A stretch of 64,000 nt of DNA from an uncultured delta proteobacterium. Its GTDB lineage: Bacteria > Desulfobacterota > RBG-13-43-22. The notes below the pieces were generated by a model. The model made no database searches. It was not told where the DNA came from and worked only from the letters and a program-made list of their open reading frames with translations. Where the stretch lies: assembly GCA_963843145.1 (NCBI GenBank), contig CAWJJC010000015.1, positions 18,082-82,081 of the forward strand, in the 5' to 3' direction. Positions 19,673 through 30,217 of the stretch are shown here, one piece after another; within the stretch, counting starts at the first letter, position 1; the number at the start of each line of letters is the position of its first letter. A program made the position numbers and the translations under genes.

Positions 19673-22516
19673 GTGAAACATGAAAGGGAGGTTATCATGA
19701 GGCGATTTCGATTTCTGGGTGGTTTGACAATTTCGCTGGCCATAGCCGTCTATGCCTTGCTGTTCGGGAGAGTCCTTCCGGCAAGCGCCCAGGTCCCGGC
19801 CGGAACAATCTGGTTCGTCGACGACAGCATCAACGACGGACTGGCGGCGCATTGGAAATTCGATGAGGTAGGGGCCGGTACCGCGCTGGAATTCATCGTC
19901 GGCGCCGACGGGAGTCTGGTGCCCGGGGCCTCCATGGCGGCCAGTCCCCGGCCTCCGGTACTGTTTAACGATACCGCCTCTCTAACTTTGGATGGCGTGG
20001 ACGGTAGGGTCGATATCGCCGATAACCCTTCCCTCAATCTATCCGCCAGTTTCACTGTGGCCGCCTGGGTAAAACGCAACGCGATAAATGTCTATCATGC
20101 CGTCTACGATTCCGGCGAACAGGCCAAACACTGGTGGGTTTTCATCTCCGACCTGACGCAAGGCAACCTCCCGGGGCTGGGTGTGCGGGGAGTGACTGAA
20201 ATCTACGGCACGAAGCCGATTACCGATTTCGGCTGGCATCATATCACCGTGGTCAAGAATGGGGATACGGGCGCCAATGTGACCTTTTATATTGACGGAG
20301 TGGCGACGGGCGGGGGTTCAATAGGCGCTTTGACCCTGCCAAGCGGGGTCAAGCGGATCGGGGCTTTGTTGGACGGCAACTTTTCGGCGCATTTCGACGG
20401 CAATATCGACGACCTGCGCCTCTATAATCGGGCACTGAGCGCCCCGGAAGTGCAGCGATTGGCCCAGGGCCGCGGTTGCGTAACCGAGGGTACTGCCTGG
20501 TCTACGGCCTTTCGCGAATTGCAATGCGGTCTGAGCATGGCGGCCGCGGGCGACCAGATCTGGATCGGTGAGGGCCTATATACACCCGGAGTCAGCGCCG
20601 CGCAATCATTTATCCTGAAGAACGGGGTTGATATTTTCGGCGGTTTCCTGGGGCTTAGTCCCGGAGGAGGCGAAACCGACCCGGGCCAACGCCCGGCCTT
20701 CAATGCCGATGCCCCTCTGACCATTTTGAGCGGTGATGTGCTGGGCGACGATCTGCCGGCCACTTTTGCGAACTACGGCGACAACGCGTTCCATGTGATG
20801 ACCGCCGGCACCGGCGTATCCGCCTCCTTGGACCGCCTGGGGATCCATAGCGGTAGCGCGACCGGCGCCGGCCCTTCCGAAAACCTGGGCGGAGGGATGC
20901 TGGTCCAGACCGATGCGGGAACCATTCAGTTGACCGAAGTGGCCTTCTTTGCCAACCAAGCAACTTTCACCGGTGGCGGGTTGATGGCGCAAGCACCGGT
21001 CATTCTCAACCAGACGAGTTTTCTTAACAATAGCGCTCTATTTGGCGGCGGCATCGCAACCACAGTACCGCTAACCATTACCGGCGGACGGTTTAATAAC
21101 AACCGGGCCACAACCTTTGATGGCGGTGCCATCCAATCAACGGCCACGTCCGGCACCCTATCGATATCGCAGAGTACGTTTACGGGCAACGTGGCCGCGT
21201 TCTCAGGCGGTGCGATCATTGTGGGGTCGGCAGCGCTGAACATCAACCAGTGTACTTTTCAGGATAACCAAACGAATACTTTTGATGGCGGCGCCATCAG
21301 TACCTCGGGAGTCCTGGATATCCAGAACTCAATCTTCAACTCCAACACCGCCAGGCAATTTGGAGGGGCGGTATCGGGCTCAGGGGGCGGAATCACAGTT
21401 CAAGGCAGCCAACTGACGGGCAATCGGGTTTTGGGGGGCAACTGCTCCCCTGCTTGCAGCATCGGTGATGGGGGCGCCATCTTCGCCCCTGGCCCCCTTA
21501 CCGTTACCAATACAACCCTGACCAATAACTTTGCCAGGCTTAAAGGGGGTGCTATCTCTGGAAGGGGGGTGACTACGCTTAGTGACTCGCTGCTGACCGG
21601 TAATCAGGCCGGCACCCCGGGCGACGTGAACAACCCGGGCAAGGGAGGGGCGGTATATGTGACCGGAGAGGCCAGCCTCAGCAACAATGTGTTTGAACTC
21701 AATGCTGCCCAAAGTCCTGTCTCTGACGGCGGAGGCCTATTCGGGGAAAATGGGCCGGTGCTGTCAACCGGTAACCGTTTCAGCGGCAACTCCTCCACCC
21801 ACTTTGGCGGCGGGGCGCGCTTGCCGTCTGCCCAGGTCAAAGGCGACCGCTATTTGAACAACACGGCTGTATTTGAAGGCGGCGGGATCCTAGCTTCAGG
21901 CAACCTAACGATTACCCAAACGATTTTCGACGGAAATGCTTCCGACTTAAGCGGCGCGATTTCCGCCGCCGCCGGTCCGTCCGATCGCTCGCTACAGTTG
22001 AACATCGACAACTCGCTTTTCATCCGTAACCAGCGTCAAAGCATCGCCGGCGACGCTGACCTGCGTCTCTTCGATATCACCGGCAAGCTGGTGAATAATA
22101 CCTTCGCCGATCCCGGGTCGGCCGGCGCGCTTTCCCTCAAGGCCTTCCGCAGCGACCTTCAAGTTGAAAACAACATTTTTGCCCATTACGGAAATAGCAT
22201 CGATGGCGATACCGGACCTGGCGGTTTACCTGTCCAGGAAGACTACAACCTCTTCTTCAACGCTCCCTTGGGCCCCACCGTCACCTCCGGGGGCCACAGC
22301 CTGACCGGCAATCCCCTATTCGTCGATCCGGCGACTCAGAACTACCGTTTGGCCGGCGGTTCGCCGGCCATTGGGGCCGGCCTGGACTCAGCCCTTCCGG
22401 CCTCGATTTTGAATGATCTCTCCGGGGGATTGCGGCGAGTTGGGCCTATCGATATTGGGGCCTATGAGTCTCAGAATCTTTTGTTCCTGCCGCTTATTTT
22501 AAGAAACGCGTTTTAA
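19673..22516 (+). CDS. Secreted LamG-like jellyroll + parallel beta-helix (GGA[IV] repeat) protein; tail LFLPLILRNAF
   Basis: Signal peptide, AHWKFDE...IDDLRLYNRALS, many GGAI/FxxN repeats, DIGAYE. Confidence 0.88.
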   Translation: MKHEREVIMRRFRFLGGLTISLAIAVYALLFGRVLPASAQVPAGTIWFVDDSINDGLAAHWKFDEVGAGTALEFIVGADGSLVPGASMAASPRPPVLFNDTASLTLDGVDGRVDIADNPSLNLSASFTVAAWVKRNAINVYHAVYDSGEQAKHWWVFISDLTQGNLPGLGVRGVTEIYGTKPITDFGWHHITVVKNGDTGANVTFYIDGVATGGGSIGALTLPSGVKRIGALLDGNFSAHFDGNIDDLRLYNRALSAPEVQRLAQGRGCVTEGTAWSTAFRELQCGLSMAAAGDQIWIGEGLYTPGVSAAQSFILKNGVDIFGGFLGLSPGGGETDPGQRPAFNADAPLTILSGDVLGDDLPATFANYGDNAFHVMTAGTGVSASLDRLGIHSGSATGAGPSENLGGGMLVQTDAGTIQLTEVAFFANQATFTGGGLMAQAPVILNQTSFLNNSALFGGGIATTVPLTITGGRFNNNRATTFDGGAIQSTATSGTLSISQSTFTGNVAAFSGGAIIVGSAALNINQCTFQDNQTNTFDGGAISTSGVLDIQNSIFNSNTARQFGGAVSGSGGGITVQGSQLTGNRVLGGNCSPACSIGDGGAIFAPGPLTVTNTTLTNNFARLKGGAISGRGVTTLSDSLLTGNQAGTPGDVNNPGKGGAVYVTGEASLSNNVFELNAAQSPVSDGGGLFGENGPVLSTGNRFSGNSSTHFGGGARLPSAQVKGDRYLNNTAVFEGGGILASGNLTITQTIFDGNASDLSGAISAAAGPSDRSLQLNIDNSLFIRNQRQSIAGDADLRLFDITGKLVNNTFADPGSAGALSLKAFRSDLQVENNIFAHYGNSIDGDTGPGGLPVQEDYNLFFNAPLGPTVTSGGHSLTGNPLFVDPATQNYRLAGGSPAIGAGLDSALPASILNDLSGGLRRVGPIDIGAYESQNLLFLPLILRNAF

Positions 22517-22626
22517 ACGGATGATGACAAATTGCCTGATAAGGCTGCCTGAGGAATCAAGCTCTATTCCGGGGGGGGTGAGATCCCAGATTTTCGCCTT
22601 GGCTATTTCAGGCCGTCATCAAATGG

Positions 22627-24294
22627 GTGAATTTAAATCGGACGGAGGAAAGAAAGAAGATGATTGTAACACATTCCAGATACCCCGTACTTTTGATGAT
22701 GGGATTGATCCTGGTCATGTTTTGTTCCGCCCTTCCCCTCCAGGCCGCCACGAACGTCACCTTGAGTGGTGTCATGCCAGCTTGGGGGGATGTTAATTCT
22801 TTCCAGATCAGTTCGGATGGCCGGCGTGCCGTCTATCTGGCGGATCAGGATACGGATGGTGTTTTGGAGCTTTACAGCGTCTCATGGGACGGAAGTCCCC
22901 CGATTCGATTGAATCCCCTTCTTCCCACCGGCAGATCCATAGCCTCATTTCAGATCAGCCCGGACAGCCACCGGGTGGTTTATACGGCCGATCAAGATAA
23001 CGCAAAAATCGTCGAATTGTATAGTGTGCCTATCGCAGGCCCGGCGGCGGCCGGGATCAAACTCAATGGGCCCCTGGTCCTCAGCGGTAATGTTGTTCGT
23101 TTCATTATCAGTCCGGACAGCACCCGGGTGATCTATCAAGCCAATCAACAAACCGCAAGTTTCCTGGAATTGTACAGTGTACCGATCGCGGGCCCGGCGG
23201 ACGCCTGGATCAAGCTCAACGGCCCCCTGGTCCTTAATGGGAATGTTGTGGATTATAAGATCAGCCCGGACAGCAGCCGGGTGCTTTATCGAGCCGACCA
23301 GGTCACCAACGGCGTCTTTGAGTTGTACAGTGTGCCGATCGCGGGCCCGGCAATGGAAGGGATCAAGCTCAACGGTTCCTTGGTTACTAACGGGTCTATT
23401 TTTGAATTTCAAGTCAGCCCGGACAGCAGCCAGGTGGTTTATAGAGCGGACCAACAAACCGATGAGGTCTTTGAGCTGTACAGCGTTCCTCTCGCGGGCC
23501 CTTCATCCGCCGGGGTCAAACTCAACGGCTCCCTGGCCCTCAACGGAGATATTGTGGAGTTTCAGATCAGCCCGGACGGCAGCCGGGTGGTCTATCAAGC
23601 TGACCAACAAACCAATGATGTTTTTGAATTGTACAGTGTGCCGATCAAAGGCCCGGCGGACGCCGGGATCAAGCTCAACGGCCTCCCGAGTCTTCTGGGA
23701 TTTTTTTTGGTTTTTCAGATCAGCCCGGACAGCACCCGGGTGGTTTATCGAATCGACCACCAGACCAATGGTGTTTTTGAATTGTTCAGCGTGCCGATCG
23801 CAGGCCCGGCGGACGCCTGGATCAAGCTCAACGGCCCCCTGGTCCCCAACGGTGCGGTTCAAGAATTTCAGATCAGTCCGGACAGCGCCCAGGTGGTTTA
23901 TCGAGCCGACCAACAAACCCATAATGTCCTGGAATTGTACCGTGTGCCGATCAAGGGTCCGGCGGACGCCTGGATCAAACTCAACAGCCCCCTGGTCCTC
24001 AACGGTTCGGTTTTGGATTTTCAGGTAAGCCCGAATAGTAGTCGGGTGGTTTATAGAGCCGACCAGGAAACGGTTAACGCCCCTGAATTGTACAGTGTCC
24101 CGATGGGGGGCCCGGCGGCGGCCGGATTCAAGCTTAACAGCTTTCTGGTTCTCAACGGGAGTGTCACGTCTTCTTACCAGATCAGCCCGGACAGCGGGCG
24201 GGTGCTTTATATCGCGGATCAAGATACCTATTCTGTATTTGAGCTTTTTATGACCTCCAATTATCAACTTTACTTGCCTCTGATGCTCAGATAA
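22627..24294 (+). CDS. Secreted beta-propeller protein with ten ~51-aa repeats; tail LYLPLMLR
   Basis: FQISPDSxRVVYRADQxTxxVFELYSVP repeats (TolB/PD40-like); signal peptide. Confidence 0.88.
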   Translation: MNLNRTEERKKMIVTHSRYPVLLMMGLILVMFCSALPLQAATNVTLSGVMPAWGDVNSFQISSDGRRAVYLADQDTDGVLELYSVSWDGSPPIRLNPLLPTGRSIASFQISPDSHRVVYTADQDNAKIVELYSVPIAGPAAAGIKLNGPLVLSGNVVRFIISPDSTRVIYQANQQTASFLELYSVPIAGPADAWIKLNGPLVLNGNVVDYKISPDSSRVLYRADQVTNGVFELYSVPIAGPAMEGIKLNGSLVTNGSIFEFQVSPDSSQVVYRADQQTDEVFELYSVPLAGPSSAGVKLNGSLALNGDIVEFQISPDGSRVVYQADQQTNDVFELYSVPIKGPADAGIKLNGLPSLLGFFLVFQISPDSTRVVYRIDHQTNGVFELFSVPIAGPADAWIKLNGPLVPNGAVQEFQISPDSAQVVYRADQQTHNVLELYRVPIKGPADAWIKLNSPLVLNGSVLDFQVSPNSSRVVYRADQETVNAPELYSVPMGGPAAAGFKLNSFLVLNGSVTSSYQISPDSGRVLYIADQDTYSVFELFMTSNYQLYLPLMLR

Positions 24295-24297
24295 GGA

Positions 24298-24770
24298 GGG
24301 GATCTCATCACCTTGAGCGGTGGGAATGCCCTTTCACTATTTTCAAGTTTCTTTCAGGTCAATCGCTGAACCGCAACCGGGTTGACCAATGCTACCATCA
24401 ACGGAAACCGGGCGGTAGGGAGCGGCGCTGTGGGTCAAGACGGAGGCAGCATCGTCCTGGCTCACGCAACCATCGCAAACAAAGCCGCACCATTCTTCGC
24501 CGGCGGGATCGGGAATCGGTTGGGCACGATCACCCTAAAGAACACACTCCTCTCGGGCAACTTTAACACAAGGAACGGTCAGGGAACGAACTGCTGTAAA
24601 CCGCTGGCCGCTGGCAGTTTCAGCTTGTCCGGTGATTTTACCTGTGGATTTGGCGCTGCCTTTGACCATGTCAGTCTCCCACTCTTTCCGCTGGCCTTTA
24701 GCCTGGGGTTCACGCCAACATAAATGCTTCCCCAAGGCAGTCCGGCAATTGAATCGGGAACTGGCGTCCG
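24298..24770 (+). pseudogene. Degraded parallel beta-helix/choice-of-anchor Q gene remnant
   Basis: TNATINGN, ATIAN, GGIGN, LKNTLLSGN, LGFTPT* then LPQGSPAI fragments. Confidence 0.5.
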
Positions 24771-24858
24771 GGCCATTAACAAGATTAAAGAATTTCGTGA
24801 AAATGCCGATAAGGAAAGGGGACGAAAGAGCCACTTGGACAATCCCGCCGATTTTTAA

Positions 24859-26193
24859 ATGAGAGCGCTTTCAGAATATGAGTGCTCAACTGATTGGATC
24901 TGCGCCATGCGATCAGACAAATGCTTAGCTCGAACCAACCGCCAGGCATGGGTTGCGGGCCTTTCCTTTTTTCTGATTCTGCTAATGATGGGTGCGAATA
25001 TCGGCATAAGCCAGGATCGTATCGCGGTTGCCGCACCGTCGCCAAAAGTGATATCCATCTGGGGGGGAGCGAGATCCTCGATCGTCCTAAAATCGGACGG
25101 TACAGTTTGGGACTGGGGCATGAATTGGCATGGCAAATTGGGCGATAACAGCGTTTCGATTTTCTCGGATCAGGCCGACTTCGCCGGTGGCAGCAATGAT
25201 CGCTTTACGCCGATTCAAGTCCACGGGCCAGGCAATGTGGGTTATCTCGATTCGATTACGGCGATCATGGGCGGCGAGAGCCATAGCTTCGCCCTGAAAT
25301 CGGACGGCACGGTCTGGGCCTGGGGTTGGAATACCATGGGTCAGTTAGGAGATGGAACCTATACGGACCGATATACACCTGTCCGAGTCAGCGGATTATA
25401 CTCAATCCTCGCCCTCGGAGGACGGGGGTATCACAGCCTGGCCCTCAGTTCGGACAGCACGGTCTGGAGCTGGGGATGGAATGCCGGTGGACAATTGGGT
25501 GATGGAACGACCATCAACAGAAACCTGCCTGTCCAGGTCATTGGACTGAGCGGAGTGTCGATGATTAGCGGAGGATATAAGCACAGCCTCGCTTTAATGG
25601 CTGACCAGACATTACGATCCTGGGGATTTAATAACGACGGCCAACTGGGGGATGGATCCAAGAACAATAGTGATACCCCTGTCCAAGTCAGCGTATTGAC
25701 CGATATTATCCAGGTCTCCAGCGGATGGAATCATAACGTGGCGCTCAAATCAGACGGCACGGTCTGGACCTGGGGTTGGAATTTCAATGGCGAATTGGGG
25801 AACGGGACCTCCTCAGATAGTAATGTGCCTATCCAGGTCAGCGGGTTAAGCAACATGATCGCAGTATCTGGCGGGGATTTTCACACTGCAGCGCTCAAGT
25901 CGGACGGCACGGTCTGGACCTGGGGATGGAATTACGATGGTCAATTGGGAGACGGGACAAATACGGAACGACATACTCCCGTCCAGGTTGTCGGATTAAG
26001 TGATGTGATCGCTATTGCCGCCAGAGACCACCATAACCTGGCGATCAAGGCAGATGGTTCAGTCTGGGCGTGGGGCTGGAATATCAATGGTCAGTTGGGC
26101 GATAACACGACTACCGACAGAAATATTCCCGTACCAGTCATTTTCTGGAACAATTGGAACAATCAAGTCTATTTGCCGCTCGTTGTGAGATGA
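24859..26193 (+). CDS. Secreted RCC1/BLIP-II repeat protein; tail VYLPLVVR
   Basis: About seven [25 protein letters not shown] repeats. Confidence 0.92.
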   Translation: MRALSEYECSTDWICAMRSDKCLARTNRQAWVAGLSFFLILLMMGANIGISQDRIAVAAPSPKVISIWGGARSSIVLKSDGTVWDWGMNWHGKLGDNSVSIFSDQADFAGGSNDRFTPIQVHGPGNVGYLDSITAIMGGESHSFALKSDGTVWAWGWNTMGQLGDGTYTDRYTPVRVSGLYSILALGGRGYHSLALSSDSTVWSWGWNAGGQLGDGTTINRNLPVQVIGLSGVSMISGGYKHSLALMADQTLRSWGFNNDGQLGDGSKNNSDTPVQVSVLTDIIQVSSGWNHNVALKSDGTVWTWGWNFNGELGNGTSSDSNVPIQVSGLSNMIAVSGGDFHTAALKSDGTVWTWGWNYDGQLGDGTNTERHTPVQVVGLSDVIAIAARDHHNLAIKADGSVWAWGWNINGQLGDNTTTDRNIPVPVIFWNNWNNQVYLPLVVR

Positions 26194-26220
26194 CAAAAAC
26201 TGGAGCCGAATGGAGAAAGG

Positions 26221-26829
26221 ATGAGGCACCTGTATCTAAAAAACAGAAATGGCAGGAGAGATTTGGGGAGGCCTATGCGCCTTATCATACCTCTCTCGCT
26301 GTTTATGCTCGCGATGGTTCTGCTTGGAATGGACGCTTGGGCACAAGTTGGAGGAGCAACTATCACCCTTGCCGGGAGCATCGTGACCAGAAACGGAACG
26401 GTGGTCCCGCCATTCCCTAAAGTCGGCAGATGGACTGAGTTTGAGGGTAAATCTTCCGACCGATATGAAACCCACCAATTTAGGTATATGGTCCCTAACG
26501 AGGCGCCGGCAATTGAACTTTACATGACAACCGACAAGCGGAATGAAGCGCCTGACGGAGTCTTTGAAATAGGATTGGTGAAAGGATTTGTCCGCGGTTT
26601 TGCTTCTAAGGCTGGATTCAAATACGAGGAGCCGGTTTTTGGAGGGCGGAATATCGGTACCGCCAAAACGCTGTACACTTCCGTGCTGTTATCGAAAGGC
26701 AGGCAGACACTTTGGGTTCATGCCTATGTCTATCCTCGTAAACCGTCACTGACGTTTATAGTGGTCACAGGAAATGAGGGTAGGCGAGAGGGAATAGAGA
26801 AGTACCTGTTGGGAGTTGAGGTGAAATAA
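26221..26829 (+). CDS. Hypothetical exported protein
   Basis: Hydrophobic signal-like segment ending AWA; no family recognised. Confidence 0.55.
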   Translation: MRHLYLKNRNGRRDLGRPMRLIIPLSLFMLAMVLLGMDAWAQVGGATITLAGSIVTRNGTVVPPFPKVGRWTEFEGKSSDRYETHQFRYMVPNEAPAIELYMTTDKRNEAPDGVFEIGLVKGFVRGFASKAGFKYEEPVFGGRNIGTAKTLYTSVLLSKGRQTLWVHAYVYPRKPSLTFIVVTGNEGRREGIEKYLLGVEVK

Positions 26830-27012
26830 GGTCGAAAAAGCTGTTGGAACGGACACCACCTCGCCCGCCGACCAATCCCCGGCACGCCTAAATAAGTAGG
26901 CCGGAACCGCCAGGCATTTTTCATTGCCCTTCATGCCAGACAGGACGAAAAGGTATGAAGCAAAGGCTTGGCATACCTATCGTTACCGGATTGATATGAA
27001 TCAGGAGGAAAC

Positions 27013-27693
27013 ATGGTCACCCTAATCGCCGAATGGATGGGTTCCGCTATCACCGTCTTGGCAGCAATACTATTCATGAAATTTTATTACACCGCTAAAA
27101 TGTCTCGTTTCTATAAAAAGAAATGGGTCATCGTGGTCTGTTCATTCATGGTGCTCTATTCAATCATCGGCATTACTAATGCCTATAGAAGCTATACCCA
27201 AGATAGGCTCCCGACAAAAGGGGAACTCCAAAAAGCGATCGGAGCAAACAGCACCCTCGTCGTCCAGGATTTTGTTTTCGACTCTCCGGATGGATTCACT
27301 TTAGTGGTGCCAGCCAATTATGCATACACGACTTTCCCTTCCGGTCCGATATCGATGATTGCCGTCAAAAAACAATCGCAATCTGCAATAGTTGTTTCGA
27401 GGCAGCAGGGCAGTGAGAATTTAGAAACCCTAGTTAAAGATACAATCCAGGTATTGAAAAGGAAAAATTCAACCTACGCTTTCTCCCCGGCATCACAGGT
27501 ATCGATAAGTAACAAAAATGCGATTAAAATAAGTGTTGATGTGGAGAAGGAGGGGATTCCCGTTAAAGGGATATACTTATTTTCAAAAATTGGAAATAAC
27601 GTTTTAGCAATTATGCTGTCCTGCCCGGCTAGTTTCTTTCCTCAAGAATCCGCAGCGTTCGAAAAAGTCATCCGATCGATAAGATTTCGATAA
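27013..27693 (+). CDS. Membrane protein with two N-terminal TM helices and a PsbP-like C-terminal domain
   Basis: AGGAGG RBS; low GC; C-terminus FEKVIRSIRF typical of PsbP/DcrB-like folds. Confidence 0.65.
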   Translation: MVTLIAEWMGSAITVLAAILFMKFYYTAKMSRFYKKKWVIVVCSFMVLYSIIGITNAYRSYTQDRLPTKGELQKAIGANSTLVVQDFVFDSPDGFTLVVPANYAYTTFPSGPISMIAVKKQSQSAIVVSRQQGSENLETLVKDTIQVLKRKNSTYAFSPASQVSISNKNAIKISVDVEKEGIPVKGIYLFSKIGNNVLAIMLSCPASFFPQESAAFEKVIRSIRFR

Positions 27694-27754
27694 AAGCATC
27701 CAACGAAATGGGCGTAGTCGACGGACGATAGTCGGTCAGGGTCCGGAAAACAAG

Positions 27755-28043
27755 CTTCTGGGAGGTCGAGACGGCATCACTCCGGATTTTCCCCAGGAGT
27801 TCCGGACCTTCGACATCCGCCGCAACAGTGACAATACCCTTTCCATCATCATCACCAAGGTGGACCCCGCGGTGGTCGCCGGGTCGCCCGCGGAAAAATC
27901 GAGGGGCTATGCCTTCGGCGCCGCGTGCGTCTTTGGTAGCTACCCTCTCGAGTACCGCTTCCCAGGCCTATAATGCCGAACTGGTGAGACAATTGACCCC
28001 TGCCAGGCAGGCGATCATCGTCAATTACGGCGAAGACTTGTAG
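27755..28043 (+). pseudogene. C-terminal remnant of a metallophosphoesterase (TIGR03768-like)
   Basis: Frame-hopping FWEVETASL..FPQEFRTFDIRRNSDNTLSI..VDPAV..GSPA and AYNAELVRQLTP. Confidence 0.5.
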
Positions 28044-28399
28044 GCGTATACGCTCAAAGGTAAGTCTGGAGACCGGGGGGAGGAGACCTTTTCAACTTGG
28101 AAAATCCGAGGCGAAGCAAATTTTCCTTGGAATATCGGGATGCTTCTTCCTGTACTCTTACTCCGCTACTCCTGAAAAAGGACGAGATTTAGAATGGAAA
28201 TCGTTAGTTATCGCCCAAAGTAAAAGCGCTTAAGGTTACTCCAGCTTTTCTCCACAAACCTCTTACTATGTACTGCCTGAATCGGTAAAATACTACGTTT
28301 ACCCTATTTACATTTATTCTTCCATATCCATAATGCTAAATTGGAATAAATCCTAAAATAATTCCAAGTTCATGTGACCATTATAGGGAAGGGGTAGCC

Positions 28400-30104
28400 A
28401 TGAAAGAGGAGCGCTGGAGGGATAGCAGGAATCTAAAGGTGCTGATTCAATCAGGATTATTGATTCTGGTTGGAACGATCCTAATTACAGTAACTGCCCA
28501 GGCAGCGGGGGTCGTCGGGACCGGTACACCGGCCAGTTGCACTGAGACAGCGCTGGATACCGCGCTGGCGGGCGGTGGCGCTGTGACCTTCAATTGCGGC
28601 GCGTCGCCGTTCATCATTATTGTCACCGGGGTCAAGACCATCAGCAGCGACACGACCATAGACGGTGGAACCTTGGTCGCGCTCAGCGGCGGGAACGTGA
28701 CGCGCGTGCTGGACGTAAATGCCGGCGTAACCCTCACCCTCAATAACCTCACGGTCCAGAATGCCTTCCGGAGCCTGGGCGACGGCGGCGCGATCCAAAA
28801 CCTCGGTACGCTCAACATTACGAACTGTAAATTCCTGAACAACAAGACCACGTCGGCCTGGAGCGGCGGGGCGATTTTGTCACTGGGACCATTGAACATC
28901 ACCAACAGCGAGTTTGCTTTCAACGAAGGGGGGAATGGCGGTGCCCTCTACCCGCGCTTTTCTGCTGCGATCACGATGATCTCGGGCAGCTCATTTCATG
29001 ACAACTCGACGTCGAACACGACGGACGGCTGGGGTGGCGCGATGCTGATCTGGGACGGCGCGCCGGTGACCGTACAGAGCAGCCAGTTCATCCACAATAC
29101 CGCCCGCTGGGGCGGCGCGTTATACGTCTTCCCCAACAGCAGCTTGACCCTGACCAGCAGCTTGTTGGCCAATAACGTGGCCGACGGCGGCCCCAGCGCG
29201 GACGGTGGCGGCGGGGCCATCTACAACAATGCCCACCTGGTGCTGGACGCTACCACGGTGGAGAACAACGTCGTGGTGGTGCCTCCGGGTTTCGGCTTCC
29301 CCGGGATTCGCGCCGGCGGCGCCATTTGGAACAGCACCTCCGGTTCGATCCAGATGAGCGGGGGCGCGCTGCGAGCAACCACGCCCTGCACGGTGGCGCG
29401 CTGTACAGCCTCGGAAACGCCGCGCTGGTCATGGCCACACTGGCGGATAACCTGGCCGGCAGAGGCGGCGCCATCGAAAATAGTAACAATTTGGCCAACA
29501 CGCTGACCATCAGCGGCTCCACCTTCAGCGGCAACCAGGTTTCCTTCGCGATTTATCCCGCCGTCGTTACCCCTCTGGGCAGCGCCATCTTCAACACGGC
29601 GCGCCTCGACATCACCAACAGCACCCTCAGCGGCAACAGCGGCAAATGGCGCTGCAAGAAGACAACAGCGTCATCACGCTTACCAACGTCACCGTGGCGC
29701 AAAACCCGAATGGCGGCCTCGGCTCTGATCAGAGCCCCAATACGAGTCAGGTCCGGTTGTTCAATACCTTGCTGGCCGGCAACGGCACGCACAACTGCGG
29801 ATCGATCCTGTTCGGGACGTTCACCAGCCAGAACAGCCTTTCGAGCGATAACAGTTGCCTAACCTGGGTCGGCAGCCAAAACCAAAACGGCATCGATCCG
29901 CTGTTGAGCCCGCTGGGCTTTCACGGCGGCCCCACCCTGACGCACATGTTGGCCGCCGACAGCCGGGCGGTGGACGCCGGTGCCAACTGCCCCGCGCTGG
30001 ACCAGCGCGGGGGCCTGCGGCCTGTGGGTGCCGCCTGCGACATCGGCTCGGTGGAGTATGGAGCGCTCTTGCCATTGCTTTATCTGCCGTTAATCTCGAA
30101 ATGA
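28400..30104 (+). CDS. Secreted parallel beta-helix protein with choice-of-anchor Q domain, two frameshifts (~29372, ~29645); tail LYLPLISK
   Basis: Three overlapping ORFs; the intact reading is recoverable from the duplicate at 38393-39145; GGPTLTHML..SRAVDAG..DQRG..CDIGSVE. Confidence 0.85.
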
Positions 30105-30217
30105 TTAATCCAGCTCGGTCAGATCTTCCCGTTCCTTGACACCTTTCCTCCAAACAGCCCCGAATAAATTTTCGCGTTGTTACCCGACTAGGGATCGTTG
30201 ACCGGACACTCGATCCT

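Noticed and set aside
22800-24240. CRISPR-like or non-coding repeat array
   Set aside because: The ~153-bp repeats are in-frame coding repeats. The same applies to the TPR (16.2-16.8 kb), FG-GAP (17.4-18.0 kb) and RCC1 repeats.
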